A stretch of 64,000 nucleotides of DNA, taken from positions 776,277 to 840,276 of the forward strand of contig NIVC01000168.1 in assembly GCA_002269645.1 (NCBI GenBank). The letters run 5' to 3'. The translations under genes were made by a program, and so were the position numbers. The notes beneath the pieces were generated by a model. That model searched no databases. It saw only the letters and a program-made list of their open reading frames with translations, and was not told the origin of the DNA. This DNA comes from Macrostomum lignano. Taxonomy: Eukaryota. Of this stretch, positions 13,301 through 25,300 are shown one piece after another; the first letter of the stretch is position 1; each line of letters begins with the position of its first letter.

Positions 13301-16300
13301 TCTACTAGGCGCTGGAAAGCCTGGGCCGCGTTTTTTAACCCGAAAGGCATCCGCAGAAATTCAAAAAGTCCAAACGGGGTGATTACGGCTGTCTTTGGAA
13401 CATCTGTAGGCGTTACTGGCACCTGATGATATCCACGGACGAGGTCGATTTTTGAAAAAACTGAGCATCCGGCCAGTCGCGCTGAGAAATCCTGAATGTG
13501 CGGCACTGGATAGCGATCTGGCACAGTGATATCATTTAGGCGCCTGAAATCGCCACAAGGTCGCCAGCCACCCGAAGACTTGGACACCATGTGCAGGGGC
13601 GATGACCAAGGGCTGTTTGACCTGCGCACGATGCCGAGCTGCTCCAAGAGTCGGAATTCTTCTTTGGCCACTGCCAGCTTGTCCGGTGGTAGGCGGCGGG
13701 GGCGGGCATGGACCGGCGGGCCGTTGGTCGGGATGTGGTGTTCGATCCCGTGGCGCGGCTGGGCTCGGCGGAAACTCGGCTCGGTGAGGGCAGGAAAATC
13801 TGCTAGCAGCTGGCTATATGGGTCCGCAACAGCGGCTGCGGAGAGCTGCAAGCCAGGGCCGGCTCCGTTCAAAAGGTGGACGCTCGCCAGGGATTGGGCG
13901 TCGAGCAGGCGCCGCTGCGGCAGGTCCACCAGCAACCCGTGGTGCCGGAGGAAATCTGCGCCGATTAGTGGTCGGGAAACCGCTGCCAGAACGAAAGGCC
14001 ACGAGCAACGCCGGATTCCAAGATCCAGAGTGAGCTGGCGTGTGCCGAAAGTCTGGATTTTACTGCCGCTGGCTGCATAGAGCGGTGGTCCTTGGCGCTT
14101 CAGTCGGGCGTCTGTTCCGGCGACCGGGAAAATACTGACCTCGGCGCCCGTGTCCACTAGGAAGCGCCGACCTGACTGTACATCCGGGATGAGGAGCAGA
14201 CTGCTGTCGCCGGCCGCCGAGCTGTTCACTGACGGCCGGCCTGCTCGTTTCCCTGAAACTTGCATGGTACTTCGCAGCGTCTAGCCTTCGCGCCGAACTT
14301 CTTGTGATAGTAACAAAGGCCTTTGGCTTCCCCGGCGCGACCTTGGGGTGGCTGAGTCCTGCTAAAGCGGTTGGTGCCGCTCTGACGTGCGACTGCGATC
14401 ACAGGAAGGTCAGGCTGCTGAACTTCTGCAACCACTGGCTGCGGTCGGCTGGCTCAGAGCTTGTCGGCGAGGAGCGCCACTGCTCGCGGGTCTTTAAAAT
14501 CAGCGGAGACTAACGCCATGCGGATGTCCACCGGAAGCTGCTGGCGGAAAAGCTCTTCAAAAAGCAGGCACGGCGAATGGTCGCCCAGCAGAGCCAACAT
14601 TTCGTCCATTAGTTCGGACGGCCGCCTATCGCCGAGGCCAGCTATGTTGAGCAACCGGTTGGCCCGCTGTTGTCGCGACAAACTAAAAGTGCCAAGCAGG
14701 CGAGCTTTCAGCTGCATGTACTTGCCCGTGTTGGGAGGGCTCTCAAGCACGTCTAGGAGTCGCTCGGCAGACTGTTGGTCAAGTGCTGCGACCAGGTAGT
14801 GGTATTTGGTCTTGTCCTGTGTAATGCCTCGCAATGTGAACTGCGCTTCTGCTTGGATGAACCAAGCTCGGGGCTGGGAGGTCCAGAACTGCGGCAGCTT
14901 GAGTGCCACGGCATTGATGGGAGCTGTGGTTCCGCCGACTGCAAAGGTGACTTCAGGTTCTGAAGCTATTTGAGCAGTCGGGCTCACCAGTTTGGCGGCT
15001 TGCTGAGCAAGGCGAAAATTAAAGGAACACGGTTGGTTTTATATTTGATTATGCCCGTGGGCTAAATAGAGTAGCGCGGTGCGTAGAAGCAAAAGTGGTG
15101 TCATAGACTAAAGTGAAAGTCATTAGGCTAGCCGCCACACCCCCATGGTCTTTCTACTGTTAAGTGATGGGAACGGAACTACTTTCAACATCTTGTTATG
15201 ATTTCCTGTAGTTCATCATTTCTTTAAAACAGTTTTAAAGCACCTCTGAAATGGCTGATGATTTTTTATGTTGCCGTTTTTAAAATCTGCTGACACAAAA
15301 ATTACTCTTAACTTGAATCATTATGCAGAGTCTCGGACTATCCATGGAACCAGAAGACATGCTGAATCAGGCAATGATTTTTCACACAAGTTTCGCTATC
15401 GTGACGCAGCAGTTGCGGATCATGCCAGCGCAGTACCGGGGAGCGGCCGCATTTAAGTTCGACATATTTGGATGCGTCCTTAGTAGTAAGTTGCGTGAAT
15501 GATTTGATAAATCAATCCAGCAATCAGAATACTAGTATCGTGGAAATCTACTGTCTATATTCACACGAGAAGGTGGTAAGCACGCTAGAATCACACACAA
15601 ACACGCATACTACTTTGCAGTTCCAACATGCGTTGGCAAAAACAGCCTCCAGTTTGGTGGAATGGCAATCGGCTGCGAGCACGACTGGATGATCGTCTAC
15701 CGAAATCTTAACACCACAGCCTCAATGAACTTGTCAATCGTAAACTACCAGGCTGGCTTCGAGTTTGAGAACCTAACCTGGCCGGGCCTACAAGTCCTCA
15801 GCGATTTGACAAATGTGGAACAACTGTCGCTTAGATTCGATGCCTGGGTGTCTGATGGCAGCTTCAGATACATGGAGTGCAGACGCATCAAGGTTGCGCC
15901 CGCATACCTCAAATTCGGCCTACATGTCGAAGACTGTTCCAGTGACTTCGGCGATCAGCATCTGTTTGAGGCGCTCAATGCGTCGACATTCTCAAATTTT
16001 GACTTTGGCTATCAGACATCCTGCGCTACCGCTGGCGGCAGCGGCTGGTGGTACACCCCGGGCTGCGACGGACTGAAGCTGACGGGCTGCGCTGGATGCG
16101 CCGGGAGCGATGCCATCAGGTGGTCATCAAGCACCAGCGCCGGGGCTCAAGTTGCGATGAGGCTAATAAACAAAAACTACTTCCACCCTGGTAAGTGATG
16201 AAAATTTTATAGGAATATCTTTACTAGTAAACTTGACGGTATTTTTTCTTCCGATAAACACCCTGCAGCAAAAGCTATCGGGGAGGCCTGCAATGCTGAC

Positions 16301-19300
16301 GCATCCTGCTCACTCACTGGAGATACAGTGTGCCTGTCTTCGGGCCAGCTGCTGGACACCAGGTGCTCCTGTCGAAAAGGATTCGTGCGAGTTGGAGTGG
16401 AATGCAAATCATGTAGGCTAATTTTTCTGATATCACATTGATTTATACTGTTGTTGAGCTGCATATACCGAAATATCTGTGTTTGATATATTCAATATGA
16501 ACATGAATCAATCTCGTAGAGGCAGTTTCCACAGATTCGAGATGCACCCGTTGCTCTAAAAAAATCGCAAATTTTGCTACTTATTTTTGTAGTGATCGAC
16601 AGCTCTGTGCAGTCCCTGTCTCTGCCTTCGCCGTTGACACTGGTGCGAAATGTCCCCACAAACTTATCGATTGTGGTGCACATTCGCATTCTGAACGGCA
16701 CCGCCAATTTAACCAGCGCAGCGGCATCGGGAACAAACTTCAACTTTGGTGCACATCTGAGAGGAGAGAGCCTCAACGGTACTATTGATTCCATCATGGT
16801 TATTGGCGGAGACCCAGCTGCAGCTCGAAGCATCGGGGAAGACTTTGAGATCTCCCTATCACTGGAGATCAAGATTCCTCCCGGCAGCGCTTGCTTGCGT
16901 CTCAACGAAGTCTGTATTTTTGCTCAACCTGGTGACACCTCCAGGTTCGTTGACTACCAGCTAAACAACAACGAGGCGTGCATCGGCATTGTAAAGCTCT
17001 GTCAGCCTCAGCTAAAAGTTGATGCCTCTGTGAGACTACAGAGTCCGGAGTTCGTGACCCGCTCTCTACCTGCTCTGATCACATTGGAGACTTCGCTGAC
17101 ACTCGACTCCACCAGCGCTGTCAGCGTAGCTGCAGTTCCGCAACCCGAGGATAATTTTATAGTAAGAAAGCGCAAAAACCTTGACATCAGTATAAGTGTA
17201 ATAAATGTACTATAGCTTTAGTCGATGCTTTATGCTCTCATAACTGCTTTCTATAGAACTATAGAGCTATAAATATTCTATAGGTTTTCCTAAGCACTTT
17301 TACTATGTACAATATTCACTAACGTGCACTTGTGCAATAAGGTTGTAGTCTAGACTTAGAGCGTCGGACTCAAGACTTGAAGGTCGGGGGTTCGTTTCTC
17401 GACCCACTCCGAACAATTTGTGTCCTTGAGCAAGACACTTACTCTGCATTGCTTCAGTTCACCCAGCTGTAAAATGGGTGCCAGCATTAGCTAGGGTAAT
17501 TGAGGGTGTGTGGCGACCCCCCAGTCCTTGCCAAAACAGCAGTAGGCAACCTTCAGATGCACCACACAATAGCTGCGGCTGAGCTGTCGGTTGCACATCT
17601 GGTTCAATTGGGACAGGTTTAATCAAATATATCAGTAATATAAACTAAAATATTTAATTATTGTTACTAACCAATTACATTATATCACTGCTTTCAGCTC
17701 AGCAACGTGCTACTCTGCTCAGAAAATTGCTCGAACAGTAGCGAATGCCTCATCGTCTCTTGTCAGCTGCCAGCTCACTGGACTGCTGCAGCTTCGAGGG
17801 AGTCTGTTCCTGTGGCTGGATCCACCATCATTTTGTCGAACGCATCAAACACATTCAACCTGTCTGCTTGTGAGTCATACAGCTTTGCCTGTGCCCAGGT
17901 CGCGACGGGGCCCAACTCGAGTCTGGTTTTCGCTAACACAAGCGTCAGGATTGCCTGCACCACGCTGCCACGAAATTGTACGCCGCATGCTGATGTAGAG
18001 ATCGGTCAGGTAGCCTTTGTTGTCAATAATGCAACTTGGATCAGGCGATATCCAGCAAGCCTTACAGTCTCATACTTTCTACACCTTCGTTCGGGACTTC
18101 CGATCGAAGAGGTACCCCCGCCTCGGACCAACTTTCAGCCCATGGCCTTCTTAGCGTCGGAAGACTTGGCTGTCAGTGAGATGTCAACTTTCACCAAATG
18201 CGATCAGGGCTTACTTCGACAAGGCCTTCAAAATAGCACCCAATTCGATTGCGTGTACATGTTTAACGTGACTGCTGATGCATGTCCAAGTCTAAAAAAG
18301 CTTTGCGTAATCTTTAACAGCAGCACCAGCCCCTCCTATACAGAGAGCGATAGTTCGAACAATGTTGGCTGCGTTGCACTGCTCAACAACCTATCTTGCG
18401 CTGAGGTTTCCGTGCTCAATGCCAGTTGTCAAGTTTCAGCATCTCTGTTGACACCAAACGATACCCTTACAGTCACTGCGGCCTGGCTGCGAGGCTCCGC
18501 TGTGCAAGTTTCAGTTTCTTTCAGTAACAACCGCTCCTTGACTTGGAACTGGCTTACGGCAGGTCATACATCAAATTTTGAGTCCCACTCTGCTACGCTT
18601 AAAATAGTCTTTGGAACAGATGTGGGACGCTTTAACTTCACTTGCATCGTTGGCAATGCTGCGGGAGACTGGCAGACAGCAGACAGAATTGATGTGGTGC
18701 CTCAACTGAGCGAGTTTCTGCGACTTTCGATGACTTACCTTCCAGAACCTGTGCCATTGAATGCCACTCTGAGCTTTGAAATGGTGAGTGACGTTTTTAA
18801 TATTCGATGCATAGTTGATGCACCAATGTAAATAAACAAAACTAAATCATAACGCGTGGTTTTTTTAATATTCCAGATTCGAGGCAGCCCAATATCGAAT
18901 TTGCCCATCTCGTGCTATGCAAAGCTACAGCCAAATTCGCACAGAAACTTTAGCAAGACTCTGCAGCCCGTGGGAATCTTCAACGAAATCCTAACATTCA
19001 GCGAAGACTCACCGTTTGCATTGGCCAACGTGACCTGCTGGAACCAGCTGTCAAGTATTACCGCAGCTTACTATGTCATTTTACAGCAGAACATTACTAG
19101 TTTATGGTTCAACTCCAGTCAGACCGTTGTACCAACAAATCATACATTCCAATTGGAATTCTCTGTCACTACAGGAAGTCACGTTACTTATCAAATTAAC
19201 TTGGGAAATGGGAGTACTTTTTCTGTGACAGATGGGCAGATTTTGGCTTGGAAAGCATCTGAATCACTGAATCTCTCTTATGAATCGCCTGGCCTGTACG

Positions 19301-22300
19301 TGATAACGAATGTTGCATCAAACTTTCACACTCAGTCTGAACGTCGTAGCCTGAGTGTACTAGTGCAAAATCCAGTTCGACAGCTGATCTTACTAGCACC
19401 TAAATTTGTTGAGCTATTTTCTGTCAACTCAAGCTTTGAATTCTTTCATCCCGATCCTCAACCCACTAACGCAACATGCCGGATAAAGTTTGGGAATATG
19501 ACTGTTACAAAAAATCTTTCGGTGGAACCAGTCTGGCTGCCAATACGATGCTACCGGGATCTTTTACTGGAACCAGAGCTTGTGGAATTAACTTGTTGGA
19601 ACTTGGTTTCTGCGAGGAATGTATCTAACGCCACTGTTCATTGCCAGGAAGCTGTGAATGGTCTTGCCTGGTCGGGGCCTCTGGCTCTTCGGCGAGCAGA
19701 AGCCGGTTTTTATGTATTATCCGTGTTGTCCGGATCCTCTCTCCGGACTGGCATTGACTGCGGGGATGGTCGAATTCAATATCCTCCGAACGCGACAGGA
19801 AATATTTCTGTTCAGTATCCATCTGTAGGAAATTTTACCACCACCGTGTCTGTTTGGAATGACGTCAGCAATAAGTCTGTCACTTTTGGTCCGATTGTTG
19901 TGCAGGAGGCTGTTCGAGGCCTAGTCCTAGAGTACAACTCCACCGTGCTTTACACACCCGCGGAGGTGCAGTTTCGTTTATCCAGCTCAGAGGTAGATTT
20001 GAACAACCTGCACTGCGTGTTCAGCTGGGCCCAGTTCGGCTCTCGATACTTGTATGTGAGCAGCTTAAGCACTGTTGGCGAAGTGACACTTGCTCAAGTA
20101 TTCACTAGAGCTGCATTGGGAGTGAGAAACTTCAGTCTGAACTGCTCTAATCTGATCTCATTTCAAAGCATTCCGATCACAGTTGACATTGTCCTTGACG
20201 CTGTGATCATCGGCAGCTTCCGAACCAATGGAACTACTTTGCTCTCCAACGCGACATACTTTTTTCTTAATATCACTCGCTTCGGCACAAACGGCTGCTT
20301 TGTAGTTGACTTTGGAGACTCAACAAATATCAGCTTTGGTGTGCCTGCATTATGCCAGCCGTACTCAGCATCACGTGGAATCAATTTCACTGCTATCTCC
20401 TATGAGAACATGTCGATCTCTTTCAGTCACATTTACCCACAACTCGGCGGATTTTCTGCTACCGTGTTCGCCTTTAATCACGTGAGCAATGACACAGCCG
20501 AGACTCTGGCAACTATCATGGACTGGATGTGCGAGGCTCCACAGCTAAACTTCTCGCATTTCGGCGTCCAACTGGCCCAGTGGGACCCCAGCATGCCTTT
20601 GCAACAAATGAGATCGCAAGAAGTTCTAGTTAGCGGATTGCCTGAGCTGAACTGTTCAAAAACCAGTGCTACAGTGCGACGATGGCGAGTGGAAGCTGTG
20701 ACTGGCACCGTGACGAATCTCAGCTTTCCGGACTTACTCAGCTTTCGACTTCCACCGCGCTCCCTCTGGTACGGCCTGTATAAGGTTGTGTTGAACTTGT
20801 CCATGGCGGAAGTGACACCTCCGGTTTCTGCAGAGTTTGCTTTCTATTTAAACATAACAAAAACGCCGATAAGCGTCAACTTTAGCAGCAGTTCACCTGT
20901 GTCTGTGGCTTATAATCGAACTGTTAGATTTGAACTGGACGCGCGTGATTGGGATGTAGAGGCCGGGAACTTGACTGCGATGTCCTTTCGATGGATTTGC
21001 ATGCAGCAATCAGAACTGACTCCTAATCCCAGCACCAGCTTTATAAGGCCTCCGGACATGCAGGACTCTGCAGAATTCAGAGGCTGTTTTGGAAATGGAG
21101 TTGGAGTCATTTCCGAGGGAAATGAACACACTGCTGCTGCTTTAGTGCTGAGCACATGGCACTTGATGCCCAACTTGTCGTATGTTCTACGAGTTGATGT
21201 CTTCAAGGACTCAAGATCAGCTTTTAGTGAGTGGACCATATTCCTGAGTCCCCAGGCCTTGCCAACAATACTAATTGGGTAAATTATATTCTCTTCTGTT
21301 TTTCAGATAATTTTCTTTGAATCGAATACCCTAAATCAGCTGATTATAAACCTATTTTCAGGTGCGTCAGTAACTGTGCTGAAAAAGTATCTGCACGTAT
21401 TCCCCTGGCTTACGAGGCATCCTGCAAAGAAAATTGCGGTACAAAATTTGATAACCTGTCCTTTACATGGGCCATGCGGCAGTTGCAAGCAGGCGGCTTT
21501 GAGGATTTGGCTGTTCTCACTGAATCGGGTGAGTTGCATCTCAAGAGAATTAACATAGTAACAGTTTGGTCACCGAAATCAGTTTTCAACGAATTCTTTG
21601 AAAAGTAAAATCGACCCCATTCTTTGCAGGTTACACCAGCTCACGAATCGTTCGCAGAGAAAACACTTTGATCTCAGGTGTTGTTTATCTGGTTCAAGTG
21701 TCGGCATCAAGCTTCGCTCAGGAGGGTCCTTTCACTGTTTCAAAGACTTTTGTTGTTAATAAACCAGCCAGTGGAGGCAATTGCACGATCGAGCCACGTG
21801 AAGGCATTGCCATGGAAACTAAATTCCGCATCTCATGCTGGAGCTGGGTGGAGTTCAATGTGACTGCATCCAGCTTGACTTACGAATACCGCATCAGGCC
21901 CAAAGGAAACCTGCGCACTATTCTACTGTTCTATGGACCGACGGCCGTCTCTCCGGAGGTAGTACTTCCGGTCGGTTCTTCGACTCATGGGTACAAGACT
22001 GACGCCTACATAAATGTCGTTGACAGTTTAGGCGATAAAATTGCATTCATTTTCGATGTCACAGTAAGCACCCAATCTTCCTGCACTGTTTTGTTCAAAT
22101 TCTTTAATTTCTTAATCGTTTTTAAGCATTCGCAAGCTTAGTAAATACTCTTACTCGTCCCGCTTCAGGTTTATCCGCCGGCAATTCCCGCATCTGAGCT
22201 TCTCGCGGGAATTTCGGACATAATGGACGGAACAAGTGATAAATTAAGCCAGCATTTGAAGAGTGGCAACCAGCAGGGAGCTGCCACCACTCTTATGTGC

Positions 22301-25300
22301 TTGACGTCGGTAATGAACGCCAAGAATGAAGATGCTGAAGGAGCAAATGCTACGAGTGAAGAAAGGACGGCGTTTAATAGAAGAATGGCGGAGGTAAGTA
22401 GCATATGCGCTCAGATTTATCACCCACACATGTTTATTGAAAAGGCAATGATAACAAGCAGTTTTGGCACAAGCTAGTATGCAATATTAGCTAGTATTCT
22501 CACTATATTTTCAGCTGCGTACGAAGCTTGTCGAAGTGGTCGCCAATTTCAGCTTAAACTCTCCCGAGGATTTGGAGCAGACAAATGACGTATTGAGGAC
22601 AGCTTTCCCCCCTGACCGAACAGATCAGATTACGGTTAATGCGCAGGTAAGTACCTTTATTGCTGTAGCCAAGATACTTTCGGTGCTTTCCTTGGATACT
22701 TGAATCTGAATCTGTAAAAAGCTTATTTCACCCATTAAATGCTTGTCTCAGGAGCTCGGTGCTTCAAAGCTTCAAGAAGTTACGGATTCTTTTGGAAAAT
22801 TTAAAGAAAAACTCCAAAAAGACGTGCAACCGCTTATGGGTTCAGGTAAGAGCAACAGTTATTCCTCCCTTTACGTTTTGTGTTATTATAGGGTTAACAA
22901 ATAGCTTTTCTATCGCGAAAGAACCATAAAACACGCAACACGAAACAGATATTGTGTTCACTGGCTCGAATATTTGGTCCGCATCTGACGCCACTGCAAA
23001 GGCCAACAATGCCAACAACGAAAGCGCCTGCTCAAACTCAAGTCAGATAAATTGTCTTTCGACTACCCCAGCAACTGGAACCGAAGAGCTTAGCGCAAAA
23101 GTCAGAGGAGTAATAGAGTCTGTTCTCACAACTGTTGAATCTGTAACGGAAATTCTTCTCAACAGCTCGGGGTCCTATTCCATCTCCGATTCCGCACTGT
23201 CAGTTCAGGGAGTTCGCCTTAATGGAAGCAACGATAGCGTTAGTTTTCAGTCGGCACTGGGTGACGCCAGTTTGCCACAGCTGAGCGGCTGCGACTCATT
23301 TAAGGCTGTGTTCTCAGGCCGCAGCCCGTATGTGTGGCAACCGAAGACATCCGTTGCTTCGCCTGTCCTCATGATTGATAAGAGAGGCTGCCGCTCGCGT
23401 CGCGCTGCAGCGCCTTCCAGTTCGGAAAGTTTCACCTTCTCTTTACCTGCAACAGCTGTTGGCGAAAAAGCTGTGGTCAATGCTACCCCGACGGATCGGT
23501 GGCTGAGCTTTTATCACAGCGTTAATGTCACCTTTGGAGTCCTGGAGGTGACAGTGCTGCCAATCAATGTCAGTCACGCGCTACAGGTCTTTGTGCAGCT
23601 CGACCGCCTTCCGACGCCATTGGAGTATTTAATTAACGCTAGCCAAGGCTCGTTCTATCTACCTGCAGTTTCTAACGGTACCTATTTCATCGGAGTCCAG
23701 CGAGACGGTTGCTACCGGGAGCCCAGCGGCGAGGTAGCCTCTTCTTGTCCTGACCCGAGCCTGTCCTACGAGTTTGGTCTGTCTCAGTACGATTGTCTCG
23801 TCTGGGACGCTGTCCAGGAGATCTGGACAAAGCCTTCAACTGCTGGAGCTTCGTGCACTGTCGAAGCGTCCGATGTCCCAAATCGACCGAGGTTCGTCAG
23901 CAACCTCTTCGGTAGCCTTGGCGCGGGAATGAATGTATTGCCGAATCTCATCGATTTCGGCAAGCTGTTTGACAACTGGCAGGGAAAGCTGGCGGACAGC
24001 GCTGCAGTTGTCGGCACCGTGGTGGCTCTTTGGGTCATCTTCATCCCGATTGCTGTCTGGTTGCGTCGCGTTGACAATAAGGATAGCGAAAAGGTGAGAC
24101 TGGATATTCTGCCAACATGCTTTGAACCGTTGATTCTTCGGAATTATAAAATTCGTCGTCAAAATAAAAAGCAAACGCCTTTCTCGAAAAAATTTTCAGT
24201 TTAAGTATTTACCTCTGATCGACGATGCGAATGAAAAGTTTGTCTACAGGATTGACGTGTACACTGCCAGCGATAGAAGCAACGCTGGAACCCGGATATG
24301 CCCGCTACTATCGGTTTCGGGTGAACTTCACAGAGAACCGCTAAGAGTTATGTCTGATGGGATTCGACAGGTAAGAAAACGACAGTGTGAAATCCATTGG
24401 CTGAAACAGTAAAGTGAAATTTTTTTAAATTTTCAACTAACTTTTTTTTAGAATTTTCAGCCGGGTGATATAAATCACTTCACAATGACAACAGGGAAAC
24501 ATCTGGGTGACATTCTCGAGATAGAATTTTCGCTTGAAGGACAGAAACCAATTTGTCCGTGGATGCTGCAGAAAATAATTATCACGGATTCGTTGTACAA
24601 TGTCAGGTATGTTTTCAGAATGATAACTTTGCTGGTTTCCTGATACTTGATCAGCAAAAGTAATTTTTTATTTTTCAGTTACATCTTCAACTCATCCGAA
24701 ACGATCCTGCCGTACCAAGAGCCTATTGCGATAGCATTGGCGAACAAAGAGCAGTTGGCATTCCAGCAGCGCTTTGTGAGGAACAATCTGTCGCGAAAGT
24801 TCCTCGACGATCACCTGTGGATGTCGGTGGTCAAGCGTAAAACTGACACGAACTTTTCTCGGCTGCAGCGATTTGGCGTCTGTTTCTGTCTGCTCTTCTT
24901 AACCATGATATCCAATGCCATGTTTTACGGTGTTGGGGAGGGGGGCGAGTCAGCGTCAGACACGATCACGATCGGACCGATCAAGCTGTCAGTCAATACC
25001 CTGTTCACGTCCATGCTGGGCGCTGTTGTTGTTGTGCCAGTTTCAGCTGCTGTCACTATTTTCTTTTTGAAGTCCAAAAGATCAGCAAGCAATTCCGCAA
25101 CGCCCAGTTCTTCTCTTGAGAATTCAGATGCAATGAAAGAGTCTAGAGAGATGTCGGAGAGTACTACAGATGACGGGGTCTTTGATCTAGTGAGTACTCG
25201 TAATTTATTATCCGCATATACCGGTACTTAAACCCGCATATTCACCCTTATTTCATCCATTATACTAAAAATGGTTTGTCGGTATCTATCTATCTATCTA

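Larger units (their letters stand above)
10900..15139 (-). mobile_element. Full-length Ty3/Gypsy LTR retrotransposon
   Basis: 149-bp LTRs at 10900-11048 and 14991-15139 that appear identical. 4-bp CCCC TSD, PBS tggtgagcccgac next to the 5' LTR, PPT gggggggagc, gene order gag-PR-RT-RH-IN. Confidence 0.97.
10609..15159. mobile_element. ~300-bp TTAA-flanked non-autonomous DNA element (MITE) split by the Gypsy insertion
   Basis: TTAA|cagtagaaagacca... at 10605 and ...tggtctttctactg|TTAA at 15163. The inner IR ggggatgtattacaaatac pairs with gtatttgaaatacacccc, which is interrupted exactly by the LTR element. Confidence 0.75.
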
